From Folioceros fuciformis (Eukaryota), in NCBI GenBank assembly GCA_049999805.1, contig JBNGIO010006246.1, positions 107,812 to 171,811 on the forward strand: DNA of 64,000 bases, in the 5' to 3' direction. Position numbers and translations under genes: made by a program. Each line of letters starts with the position of its first letter. The stretch's first letter is position 1. Shown piece by piece: positions 24,623-37,640 of this stretch. The notes beneath the pieces are model-generated. The model did no database searches and had not been told where the DNA came from. It saw nothing but the letters and a program-made list of their open reading frames with translations.

Positions 24623-27600
24623 ATGGGGAGGCGGTCGAATCGCGCCCATGTCGCCGCCTGCGTGCTGCTCGCTGGTGTCTGTCTCTTCGTCCAACTGTCC
24701 TGGGCGCAGCAAGGTGAACGCAATCTTCGTAGGCTGTATGGGAGGAATGCGGGATTTTCGTTCAATGCGGAGCTGCAGGAATCCTCACGACTGTCCGACT
24801 CATCACTCGAAATGGCGTGCCCTGAAATGTGTGAATCGCAGAACTTGGAAACAGAATGTTCCTCAGCCTGGACTGCGGGGGAAACAGCCCCACGAGGTAC
24901 CGGGATGCCTCGGTGACGGACATCTTGTGGCAGACCGACTCGGATTTCGTCCCGGGAGCAGGCAAATCGTCCAGCGTTCAAGACAATGTCGCCAGCGGGG
25001 TTGCCCGGCAGTTCCAGACTGTGAGATCGTTCTCCAAGGGCTCGAAATGGTGCTACTCCCTGCCCGTAGCCAAGGGATACACCTATCTCATCCGAGCCGG
25101 ATTCTTGTACGGCAATTTCGACGGCCTCATGTCAACCACCTTCCAGTTCCAGGTGTTTCCATCTCCTTCCTTCCATCCTTCCGCGTGAGCGCGCTCAAAC
25201 TTCAACAGCAGCTGCAGTTGCAGCTCCTCAAGATGAGTTAGATCTCTGATTCTGGTTGGCGGGGAATGTCAGATTACTGTTGACAGTACACCTTGGGACA
25301 ACATCACCGTGGTGGGATCCAGCACCCAGATTGACTACCACGAGATCATCACCGCCCAAGCAGTTGCAAATGGGAATGTGAGCGTGTGCCTCATCAGGAC
25401 CGTCCCCCAGGGTCCTGGTGTCACCGATCCCTTTATCAACACGCTGGAGCTCCGCCAGATCAACGATGTCAACTCCTACTCCAGCTACTTTCGACCGAAA
25501 CGGGTGCTGCTCCGGCTGGGCAGCAGAGTGAACTTCGGAGCCACCTCCACTCTCCGGTAATCGCCAGCCCACCACCTGCCACTTTCCTGCTTGTTTCCAG
25601 GCTTTGAAACGGGCTCACGGATCTGGATTCCCACAGGTACCCGGATGACCCCATCGACAGGATATGGTCCGCGGACATGGATGTTTTTCCAACCCTGGGC
25701 ACAACCGTCATCGCCGCACCTGTAGGCACCGTCATTGACAACACACGCAACATTTCGGACGCCCTTCCCAGTGCGGTTCTCAGCACGGCCGCCAGCGGGA
25801 GGCGGTTCACATACTCCCGCCCGATCCGGACTCAACAGGCCGTGTACACTTGGGTGTACTGGGCCGAGGTGAACGGATCGCTCTCCCCGTCAGACAAGTG
25901 AGTAATGGCATTCCCCGCACGTTTTCCAGCCATGGCTCGTTTGCGACTGCCTTGCTTGTCATTAACGTTCGGCTGTGCCTGCAGGAGGGTGATTAACAGG
26001 ACGGACAATTTCGGTGATACATACTCGGAGGACATCTCCAAAGACTACGGGCCGTTTGTTGCAGGTGGGAGGGGATACGGATCTCTGGACACAGCCTCGT
26101 CTACAATCTACACGGTCACTCTCTCCAGGGATGCCCTTTCTACTCTGGATGCCATAGCCAATGCGGACGAGCTTTACTACATTCTGGACGAGCAGAACGG
26201 GACCAGGGCCGAGGAAGGTAAGGTGGACTTCACCAGGTTGAGGGTGAGGCGAAAGAGAATAGAAAGGCACTGTCTTCAGCCTGACAGTGTGTGTTCTGAC
26301 GGTTTGCAGCCCTTGTGATGCAGTGCAGGCATTGAATAACTTGAAGTTGCAGTACGGTCTTTCGGGCTGGATGGGAGATCCCTGCCAACCCGTTCCTTGG
26401 GATGGGCTCAAATGCAAGCCAACTCCGAACAGTCCAGATCAGAGTCAGGTCATCTCCTTGTAAGTGCACACACTGACTGTGCTTCTGTGGTAGGAGTCCC
26501 TAGGGTAAGTAATTGAATTCCAGCGTTGTCAGCGAGTTCCGCTCGTTTGAAAGACTTACTACTGTCGTACATGCAGAGATCTGTCGGGAAACAATCTCTC
26601 GGGTACTATTCCTGCGGATAGCATATCCGCGCTTTCTGCTTTGCAAATCCTGTGAGTGGCCTTGCGATATGTCTTGGTTACCGTTCACCTGTGTAGGCGA
26701 ACCTGTCAGTTGTGGAGTTGGGATGTGAACTCACTTATGGTAGGCCAATTTCAGGATTTTGAGGAACAACAGTTTTTCAGGATTCATACCGCCTAGTTTG
26801 GGCGACCTCGCCTTCTTGAAAACATTGTACGTTTCGGACTGCAAGGAGCTGTTTGGACACTGATGTCTGTTGTTCCAAACGTTTCAAGCACTTACGTCTT
26901 CACTTACTTGGACCTTTGGAACAAACAGAGATCTGGCAGAAAATAAGCTGGTTGGCTCCCTGGCAGCGTGGATGCGGGCACTTTCTGTTTTGTGAGGGCT
27001 TGAGAACCTTCGTCCAGAGCTGAGTGTGCATCCAAGTGCTGGATCATTGTACGTCTTGGCGCCCTTTAACCATATGCTGGAATGGGTGTGCAGGGATGTG
27101 TCGAACAATCTGCTGGACGGAACTTTTCCATCAACGCTTCTCGCACTGGGCTCAAACTTCAGGTTCTTTTCATCTTTCTGGTATCATGCTGCAAGCCTTA
27201 ATCATATATGCAAGCCTGTCAAGATGACCTGTAGCATTTAATGTCCTGCTGCAGCTATAGTGGGAATCCTGGCCTGACATGTTTGGCGACCAGCAACGTT
27301 AGTTGCCCTGTAACAATCCCTCCGGTCCCAGCACCAGCACCAGCACCGCCAACTCCACCACCGCCTGTACCAAGCAAAAGGAAAAGTTCCTCCATTGTCC
27401 CTATAGTGGGTGCCGTCGTGGGTGTCCTTGTTTTCCTGCTGTTCATTGTTGCTGGCATAGCCATCTGGTGGGTGAGAAGTCATCGCCAACCGCGGGATAC
27501 TGCTGCGGAGGGGAGTTCGTCGCTTGGATCACTTGGTACGTATCCACTTAGGGAGCAATAAGGCCATCTCTTGTCAAGAAGGCTCTCTATTGCAGAGAGC

Positions 27601-29139
27601 TTTTGTCAGCTTGCCTTTGACAAGAAGATAGGTTATGAACTGAAGGTGCAGGTAGTCAAGTGGGCTCTTCTAAGCCTCACGGGAAGGAAGCAGCCGTGCT
27701 CACCCCAGAGGCTGTCAAAATTGCCACAATGAATTATGCGCAGAGGATCCAGAATCGTGACAATATGTTTTACGGCCATTTCCAAAATCAGGAAGTGGCA
27801 GTCAAAATTGTGTCAGCAAATGTTGGTGAACAATCATGTTCCCAGTTCTTCCGCCAGGTAAGATATTTTGTGTGAGATACTATGTGGTCAAATTTCTACT
27901 TCTCTGCTTCCTCCACCTAGGCTGGACTGTGTCTGATCTGGTCTGTGGATCAGGTTGAATTCCTCTCCACAATGCACCACAGGAACCTGGTTCCTCTGGT
28001 TGGATATTGCCAGGATCCGCCAAAATTGGTCATTCTCTACGAATACATGGCTGGAGGAGACCTGAGCCAGCGCCTATATGGTCTGTACGAATTCTCCCTG
28101 GACACAGGTCCCTCATTGAGATGGTCACAGAATGAGGTGTGTTAACACACGAATGTGACGATCTGCTTGTGTAGGTGGCACAGCTTCACCTCCTCTGAAC
28201 TGGCAACAAAGGTTGAACATTGCTTGCGATGCAGCCAGGGGTAAAGGCAGTTGTTACGAAGTCTGTGTGTTGTCTTCTCGGCCTGTGACCTTGCAGTGAC
28301 CTTGCCACGCTTGCAGGACTGGAGTACCTTCACGAGGGCTGTAGCCCGGGAATATTGCACAGGGACGTCAAGACGAGTCACATCCTTCTTAACAGGAACC
28401 TGGAGGCTAAGTTGACGGATTTCGGCCTGTCGAGGGAGATCGAAGGTGACACCGAGAGAGTGACTAAGATTCGAGCCAGTGCTGGCTACCTTGATCCGGA
28501 GTACGTCGCCCTCTTCTCAACAACCAAAACTAGCGACTCCTGGATTTCCCAAATTTGGTTTCTCGTAACATGTGCATTGCATGTCCTTGACGACAGATAT
28601 AACTCTACGGGGGTTTTCAGCGACAAGAGTGACGTCTACAGCCTGGGCGTGGTGCTCATGGAGATCATATCTGGTCAGCCTGTTTATGCACCCAAAGGAT
28701 CAGTCCAAGATCGCTACATTGTGTTGCGGGTAAGAAGCTGTCCATGTCCATCAACCTTCCGCTCGGGAGGATCTAGAGACAATTATCCTTGCGACTGCAT
28801 GTGTATCAGGTGCACAATGCGATGAAGGCAGGGAGTGTGAATAGAGTGGTGGATCCAGCTCTAGGAGAAGATTACTCGAAGGAGTCTCTGTGGCAGGTAG
28901 CACAAGTTGCCATGGCGTGCACACATGCGAATGGCATCTACAGGCCCAGCATCAGCTGGGTGGTGAGTGAGCTGTCGAAGGCCCATGATGAGCAGAAGCT
29001 TTGGCAAGTCACCCCCGTCGTCTCGAGAGGTGTGTTCAACAGGCCTCGTGCAGGTCATGCACAAAGTGCTACCTCCAAGGGCTCGAGCTCGGCTTTTGGT
29101 CCGAACAACTTTTCTTTGGGTTATCCCTTGCCTAGGTGA
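24623..29139 (+). CDS. Malectin-like domain LRR receptor-like kinase (LRR-I/IOS1/SYMRK-type architecture), kinase degenerate
   Basis: Signal peptide, [47 protein letters not shown], four single-LRR exons, Pro-rich linker, TM helix, VAVK/HRDVK/DFG/GYLDPEY/SDVYS. Confidence 0.93.
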
Positions 29140-29725
29140 AACCCGTTCCTTCCATCTCTAGCAGCTTTTTTCTTGTCCTCGTAGTCGACGTCTCATCCAT
29201 CCAAGACAGGTTTCGTGGGTGTTAGATCTTTGTCATTGATGCTTCCCATCACCGCACGCCTACTGAAATTTATCCTGTGAGGGCAGGAGGCTGTAGGATC
29301 CTTTTCCTATCTACCGTCCACCCTTTAGGCGGTCCATGTTGGGCCATCCCCAAATGCGAATGAGAGGATCATTTCGATGCGGTGAATTATATAGATGTAA
29401 AATGTGTGATAAATGTATGAAAGTTTGAAGTCCAGAACTGGTAGCCCTTAAAAAGTCCCTACCTCACGATCTCAGCGGCATCACAGAATTTCCTGTTTCC
29501 TATGGAGATGCATCCAATTAGTGTGTACACAGGCCGATATTTGACGTGACCAGCCTGGGGCCGCAAGAGAGCTTTTCCATGAATTTGGTACGTTTGGTGA
29601 CAGCTTTGACGAAACCTGAGTGTTGGCTTCCACGTCATGTTCGTTGCAACGCGTGGAATGCATCCGTGAACGAGTGGCTTTCTTTCAATCCTTTGCGAGG
29701 TTTTGCAGCATACCTCATCTGCCAC

Positions 29726-32700
29726 TTATACTGTGTACGATTGTTGGATAGTGCTGATGTCCAGGCCCTTCAATCGAACGACTGACTCCACATGTCCTTT
29801 CAAGGTGGTGAGTTCTCGTAATCTGAAAGCAAGGACAGAAATGGCCATGTCTCAGAACGCGGATTTTCCCACCTTCGCAAGAGTGGATTGACGACACGAT
29901 TTTCATACCTTGCAATTTCAGCTCTCCTCTTGGCTTGTTCAGCCATTTCCGTAAGCTCCTTGTAACTACTTCTCTCGTGGACTTTCAGTTCCGTGCTCGG
30001 AGGCTGCAGTCCATGCAACGTTCGCTGTGCTTGAGCCCAGGCTACTTCTCGAGCTTCCTTGCCGAAATCCTTCTGCCTTGTGAAGGCAGTCTGTTGAGAA
30101 ACATGAGCAGCATGAGAAGACGGTTAACATTCCGGCCAGGAAGAGGAGATGAAAAGAAGCAGACTTGGTGAGGGTGGATGCGCCGGCCTCACCCTCTGCT
30201 CAAGCATCAAGTCCCATGCCCTGCCACTCAGAACGTATCGGATGGCGAACTTGATAAGATCCAGAGGCAGGTAGAAGACGATGCTGTACAGCCATATTAC
30301 TCCAGCCCAGCCCCAGCCAATCCCATGCATTCCGCAGAACGGCCAGTCGGCATAGACTGCTATCAACGTAGCAATCTGCGAAGTAGAGGAACAGCACGTC
30401 CATTTATCCAGACTATACATACAGGACCAAATCCATGTAGCTCTGTTGGAAGCGACTGGGAAAATTACCAGCTGTGCGATTGTGAAAGCTAACATGAGAA
30501 GGAAGCCAGGCCGCTCCAGAAATGACCAGCCGTGTGATCGAGTGACGAAGATGAGAGCTTGGCTGACGATGCTCACTTGAAGATACACAGCTGCCACTTC
30601 CTGCTCGCGAATCTCCCGGAGTTTATGAACGTGGAACGTGTCCTGCAGGAGATAGGCTATTCGTGAGACAACGACTGTAGTAAGCAAGTCCAACCGAGTG
30701 ACCAGAGCGGACGGGAGGAGGATACTCACAACGAAGAAGTCGGTGCCGTGAATGAGATGGAAGAAGATGACTGTCATGAGAGCAAGGTACGATCCAGTGA
30801 CGATTCCCGAGGCGAAGATTTCCTGGAGCTTCCAGCTGTCGGGCAGAGGTGAAGGCTTCACACGGTCCTTGGAGATGGTCATGATGGTACCTGCCACATC
30901 ATTGGGCATAGGACATGGTCACATCTTCTTCTCCGTCTTCCAGAACTCACAGTGTGCAGCAGCACTCTCAGCAGACTCCACTAACCGTCGTTTAGAATGG
31001 CGATGATGAGCACCANNNNNNNNNNNNNNNNNNNNNNNNNNNNNNNNNNNNNNNNNNNNNNNNNNNNNNNNNNNNNNNNNNNNNNNNNNNNNNNNNNNNN
31101 NNNNNNNNNNNNNNNCAGAAGAAGAGGGTCAGATTTCTTCCCAACGCGCCACTGCAAAATACTCAGGTTTCTGCCTGTTTGTGAGTTGCATCCAGATTGG
31201 AGAAATAGAAAGCGTACCACTATACGGATGGTGATGGAAACGGCATAAATCTGTTCAGATCGCAAGACACGCAGTTAAGGTGGGGATGCTCAGACATCAA
31301 GGTCAGACTACGAGATGCAGACAGTTTTCATCCGCAAAGCAGACATACAGTGTAGTTTTTCATTCGCTGGAAGATGGCACGGCTAGTGAGCACTGCGCTG
31401 ATGATGACGCTGAGACCTGGCTCGGTAAGCACAATATCTGAGGCACTTCTGGCTGCATCTGTGGCGTCTGCAACAGCAATGCCAATGTCGGCCTTCTTCA
31501 GAGCCGGGGCATCGTTTACACCATCACCCGTCATCCCACAAATATGCTTCTTTGCTTGCAGCCGTTTTACAATCTCGTACTTGTGCTCTGCACAGGAAAA
31601 AAAAGGCAGGAAATGTTGGGTCCTGAGCCTGAGATCGTCTTGCATTCCATCATCCGGAACAGGATGCCAAACTTTTACCTGGGAAAACTCCTGCAAAGCC
31701 ATCGGCTCTCTCGATAAGCTCATCAATCGGCAAAGCAGCGATAGATTCGTCTTTATCCTGGCCCAGTAACGATGACGAAGGGTACATATTCGTGCCCATC
31801 CCAAGACGTCGGCCTGTCTCCTTGGCGATGGCTAGTTGATCCCCTGCCCGCATCCAGCTCAAACCGCATGAGTGACCCATCGTGCAGTCTGAAGAAAAGT
31901 CGTCATGGCATTTCCAAGGTTACTTACCTGTGATCATCTTCACGTTCACACCCAAGTCCAGCGCTCGTCGAATGGTTTCGGCACTGTCATGCCGAGGAGG
32001 ATCAAACAGTGGCAGCAAGCCACAAAATTCCCAAGGACCTCCAGGTGCATCTTTGCTTCCTTCAGGAACTTGCTGCATTTCGGGCAGGAAACCGTTGAGA
32101 CGGAACTCGGCTCAGGAGATTCTCAAGCTACACCAGTTGAGCATCTGAATCGCTAACCTGTCTCGCAACAGCCAGGGATCGAAGTCCCCTCTCCGCGAAC
32201 TTGTCAATGACGGAATGAACTCTTTTCGCAATCTCACCCTTGTTACTGGCGAGCTCAAGAATCTGTGGGAGTGCATACAGGAAATCATGTTGAGCCCTGC
32301 AGGCAATGGACTCCCAAACAAACTCGAGGTACCTACCTGCTCGGGTGCCCCTTTGCTGGCACGATGCATCCTCCCTTCAGCGTCGATGTATGTCAAGGCT
32401 GTGCGTTTGTCTGTGGGATTGAAAGGAAGAAAGTGGACTTCCTGAATTCCTGCACGCGCCTTAAGTACCAGCCAAATTGCCGTTTGTCAGGGGCCTGGAG
32501 GCCTGCAAGCATAAGCAACAAAGACCTCGGCGAAGGGCTGCCTACAGGATTTTGCGCAACAGGAGGCATCTTTTGACAAGTACCTCTCTGGGGTCCGCAA
32601 GCATGCCAACTATAGCTGTGTCAATTGCATCTTGGTTCTCCAGTCGAGAGGCTCTTGCAGCCAGCAGAATAACCGTATCTTTGTCGACCCCTTTGCCGAA

Positions 32701-34635
32701 TGTCTACAAATCCACAGAAGGCAAGGCTGATAAAGAGGTCACAGCCCCTTGTGTGACGAGAGCTATAATTTGTGGTGGGTAAGCGGGAAAGGAGAGGACC
32801 TCGATCAGATTCTTATCAACACCGAGCTTGTTGAGCGTGAGCGTTCCTGTTTTATCGCTACATAGTACATCCATACCAGCCATTTCCTCAATGGCGGTCA
32901 TTCTCTTGGTGATAGCACCCTGCATTGATGAAGCAATGTTCATTGACAGCTCTTGTGGTCACCATGCTGCAGAGCAAAGAACAGCCAAAATATGCTGCTT
33001 ACTTGTTGTGCGAGCCTATGTGAGCCGATGGCCATGGTCACTGACAGGACAGTGGGCATGGCAATTGGAATCCCGCCAATGAGGAGGACGAGCAGGTTAT
33101 CGATACCAACTCGGTAGTTTCGGTGTTGAATGGGATACATAACAATGATCTCAATCAACATGCCAATCGCAATGGTGCAACAGCAAAAGTTTCCAATTGC
33201 TGTGAGGACCTGGCAAACAGAAGGCAGAGGAGCTCAGATCTCCGGTCCCTCCTGGTAAGCATGTCGACCTGCGGCTGGGTTGGAGATGTACCTTCTGGAA
33301 GTGGCCAACTTGATTGGTGGTATCCACCAAATGTGCAGCTTTGCCGAAAAAGCTGTGAACACCAGTGGCAATCACAACCGCCTCAATCTCTCCTTGTTTG
33401 CAGGTGGAACCGGAGTAGACACCGTCACCTGGATTCTTCGTGACCGGCAAAGACTCCCCTGTGAGGGCGGACTGCCATGGTGCAGGCAGGGAGTAGTGAG
33501 ACAAACCTCTTCATCGACGACAAACACAGAAACTGCCCACGGATTCCTGGTCCGCAAAACCAGCTCACCTGATCAATTTTGAGGGGATCCCCGTCCAGAA
33601 GACGGGCATCAGCAGGAATAATGTCGCCAAGCTTGATACTAATGATATCTCCAGGAACGAGGATCTGAGCGTCTTGCTCAGACCACTGACCGTCTCGAAG
33701 CACCTGTTTTGGCATTCCCAAGGAACAAGAGAGAATGAACACCAGAAACAAGTGGCGACAATCCATAACAGAATATTGTCAAGCGCCCACGTTCCCGCTG
33801 CACACACAGCAATAGTCACCTTGGTTTTGGGAGCAAGCCTGGCCATCAAAGCAGCTGCCGCATTGCCCGCATTGTTCTCCTCTACAAAGCTAATGGTCGA
33901 GTTGATGAGCAACAAGACGATAATTCCGATGAAGTCCTGCCAATCCGGAGGGCGATTCTGCGCAACACAGAAGAATCATGGCCAGCGCGTTTCACACACA
34001 TCGTCAACGATCCCTCTCCAACGAAGGCGAACGCGAACGAAGGCAAGGCCAGGCAAGGCAAGGCAAGGCCAAGGCCAAGGCCAAGGCCAGGCAAGGTACG
34101 GCAATTACGTCTCCATTAGCTAGGGCGATAGCCATGATCGCAGCCGCCTCCATGACCCACGACAAGGGGTTCCACATAAACCCAAGAAACTTCAAAATTT
34201 TACTCTCCTGCAGCAACAGCAGCCCACACAGGCGTCCCCAACCTCCTCAGCCAGCCAGCGACACCTTCAAAGACTTTGCAAAAACACGCACCCCGCACCG
34301 CCATCTCCAACTCACCGTCACTTCCTCCAATTTGTTGTACCCAAAAACTCTAAGCCGCTCCTCTCCTTCCTCAGTGGTGAGCCCCTCCGGAGCACACTTC
34401 AAATGCTGGAACACCTCTTCCACCGGAATACCCTCCTACTCAACGCGACAAGACACAGCACCCGGAACGCCGGCGTCAATCAGTGAGTCAGTCAGCCAGT
34501 CCGTCTCCCAATCAGGCATCGCCTTGAAGCCTCAATTCCAGAACCAAAACTCACCAGGTCCACCATCTCCTGGTTGACAGCTTGGAGACTATCCAGCTTA
34601 TCATCCTGCTTCCCGCCATGCCCGTGGGCGTCCAT
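29726..34635 (-). CDS. AHA: Plasma membrane P3A H+-ATPase, penultimate-Thr type, multi-exon (one exon partly in an N gap)
   Basis: [48 protein letters not shown]-terminus IQQSYTV*. Confidence 0.97.
31016..31115. other. Assembly gap (100 N)
   Basis: Run of N inside the H+-ATPase gene. Confidence 1.
34041..34096. repeat. Intronic (AAGGC/AAGGCC)n microsatellite
   Basis: aggcaaggccaggcaaggcaaggcaaggccaaggccaaggcc... Confidence 0.9.
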
Positions 34636-34728
34636 TTCCGCGTCTGCGAGTCCCGTCTTCGCCGCACTAACTATCACGTCCTCCGTCCCTTGTCTCGCGC
34701 CAGTCCTCGCCTCGCCAGCAAGCCGCGG

Positions 34729-34737
34729 TCACTCCAT
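34729..34737 (-). promoter_or_regulatory. Minimal upstream ORF (ATG GAG TGA) in the putative H+-ATPase 5' leader
   Basis: Ends ~93 nt upstream of the main ATG in a GC-rich leader, context ggcATGG. Confidence 0.4.
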
Positions 34738-35610
34738 GCCCGCCCCCCTCGCTCCCCGGACACAAGCCCTTCCCCCACGCCTCCAGGCAGCTCCCGCTTC
34801 CCCCGATCGCCGAGGATCGCGAAATGCAAGCGCGGCAACCGGCGCGCGCAAGCAGGCAGCGTCTAGAACGAGCGCGCAGGGCCGCTTCACGAGCTCGGGC
34901 TCCAGCGCCGGCTCGAGAGCAGCTCGGGCTCGAGAGCAGCTCGCGATACGAAAATGCAACGCTCGCTGCACGCTCCAGCTGCTCGGGTACAACAGACTGG
35001 ACCACATGAATCGGAGGCGGGGCGAGGCGAGGCGAGCCCAGGCCTGGCCAGCCCAGCCCAGCAAAGCGAAAGCGAAAGCTAAAGCGAAAGCAAACAGAAC
35101 GGGAGCCGACTGAACCCGCTCTCACAGACCACCATTATTCCACGCCGTTAAATGACCAACCCCCCAGGTTCCGCTTTATCAGTAATGGAGCCAGGCGCAA
35201 CGGCATCGGCCTGAGCTGGGGAAGGCTGCAACCTGTCTGTTTGCACTGCGCCATTTTTAGCCACCCAATCATGCGCTTTTTCCTTTCCATCCTCACAACA
35301 CACACGCACACACACAGGCCGCCCCGACCGTGCCGCCTCTGGCCGTTCAACCGAACATTTTTCAAATCCCAAGCGAATTTCCAGCACTCGTGGTCATTAG
35401 CCCTCCGTGCCACATTTGTGGCCCAAACTGCTCTCTTTCATGCCTCCCCCATTACTGGATTTAACCATTCATCCATTCATTATCACATAACGTGCTCAAC
35501 CCTTCCTTGGATGCCCTTTTGTCCACTAAGTCACAGCCACATGAATCTATGCATCCTCCAAGGCCACTAATCAGGAACCAAAGTACAACTTTTTACAAAG
35601 CCCCTTTGTG

Positions 35611-35698
35611 AACACAGCAACAACAACAACAACAATAACATCAACAGCAACAACAACAACAACAATAACAACAACAGCAACGACAACAACAACAACAA
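35611..35698. repeat. (AAC)n microsatellite
   Basis: Imperfect caacaacaac... run of ~85 bp. Confidence 0.95.
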
Positions 35699-37640
35699 AA
35701 TGGTGTTCAAACTTCAAACCCTTCTTCCCCTCATTCTACAATAAATATATGTTAAATAATTCATACATTATGAGTAAAAAATAATACAATTACATACAAT
35801 ATAAAACAGATAAAATTAAAGCAGGACTAGGAAGTGCAGCGTATTGTCTTCATGGTGCCCTGTTGTACTGGTCAAAATTCCGTAGGCATCTTTGAGTACG
35901 AGTTATAAATGCCAACAGCTTATGTTTTAAAATATAAGACATATATAAAACAAAGCTTTCCTAAACATTGTAGATATATACGCTAGACACGAGTTGGATT
36001 GTGTGCCTACGAGAGGGTAGGTAGGCGTATATGGAGCCGCACATTCGTCGATAAATAATAGATTCCAGTTTTCTGGCCTCTCGCCAAAAGTTGTGAGGAA
36101 GAATCTTGGCATCCGGGTGGAGTCCCGTGTGGCTTGTCCTGAGCTCTTGGAAAGACTGGCGATGGGTGGAGATGGGGCCAACATGAGTGTGGCAACACGG
36201 TGGGCATGCAAAGATGGGCTAATGGGGACAGGGGACGTGGTACCGGGTACAAGGAGCTGTTTGAGTCCGTACTCAGGGCATGCACCTTGAGGCATCTGGG
36301 AGTAATTGCAAAAGCTGCTCAGGCACGCAAGCTGTTACACCACACATGGCACCGGGGTAGTGGTGAGTGTGGCATTCCCTGAATCTTCTTCCAGGCGTCA
36401 CTTCATCACGCCTGTCATGGGTCTGGACCAAGCGTCGGGACTCTGCAGGGGAGTGGATTGGTATGGCATTAGAAGGCAAGGAAAGGCAAGGAAAGGAAAG
36501 AGATGTCGGTGCTGGCCAGCAACGCCTCACCTCTCGAGGTTTATGAAGATTAGGTTCCATGGACGTCCGGGGAGTGCCTCGGGCAGAGTAACTGACTACT
36601 CCTCTCTCCCTGCACCCACTCTCCTGGATTCAAGACGTGGGCATGGGGAGGGAGGAAGTGGGATGACCACACCCTGCACTGCACTGCGCTGCACAGCATG
36701 CACAGTTAGAATGTGGGTCACGCACCAGCATCGTACCAGTGCAGGAGAGAGAGACTGCATTACTTACGTGTCGGAGCTTGGTTTGGAGTCATCAGAGTCG
36801 CACTCCTGCCGCCGTACCTGCGCTGATGAGGACTGAGGAGCTGATAACTATTCCATTCCGCTCACATAATCGCTTCCTATCGCTTCCATAGCCTGGAAGC
36901 AGACGAGGGATTTGCGTCAGGGAGTAAGTGGAAAACATTACAAGCGGCTGCTGCTCGTCTCAGGGTTTCCTTGCTTCACATCAAGCATGACGCACCATCA
37001 GTTTTGCACATCAGTGTCCTCTCCATCGTCGTTGCACCACCAACCTCACCTTCCTCCGCTCGGATCCCAAAACGCACCCCACGGCTATCTGTTGACCTGC
37101 TGCGAAGGACTCGTTAAGTTCCTGTCCGGGAGGAGGAGGAGGTAGGTTGCTGGACTGAGGGACGAGGCAGAAGCCACTCTGCCTCTCAAAGTAGGTCAGT
37201 AGTAGGTCCAGAGTCAGTGAACGGGCACAGCTCCAAGAGGGTTCCCTCGTGACCACTGCTCTTGACTATATCTGGAACCCGAGTTACACCCTCTCTCGAC
37301 AACGTACATACTACAACAGGGTTGCAGCCAATTCCTCGGCAACTCGCCCTCCATCTCAAACGTACAAACATCCGCCATGACACTTCGCAGGCTCCCTGCT
37401 ACTGTCCTTTTACGCGCCGTCTCGTCTTCGTGCTACAGGCAAGTACATACAAGGAAAGGGCTCCGAAATGTGGGCCATTCGAGCACACCCCCTATCTATG
37501 CAACACAGTGTCTGCCTTAGCTGCAAACAGAAACTGCCGAATCCTCCACCAGGGAAGGCACGGCGAGAAACACCTCCAGTCACTCTGCAATGGCACCTCA
37601 GCTAAGCTCGATAATCTGGCCAATAAAAACTAATACGTTG

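Noticed and set aside
33978-35125. GC-rich 110-200 aa ORFs around the H+-ATPase 5' end
   Set aside because: Low-complexity translations of microsatellites, introns and leader sequence.
35700-37630. Possible hidden gene or miRNA between the H+-ATPase and ALKBH2
   Set aside because: No convincing exon chain, long hairpin or match to conserved plant miRNAs that I could see.
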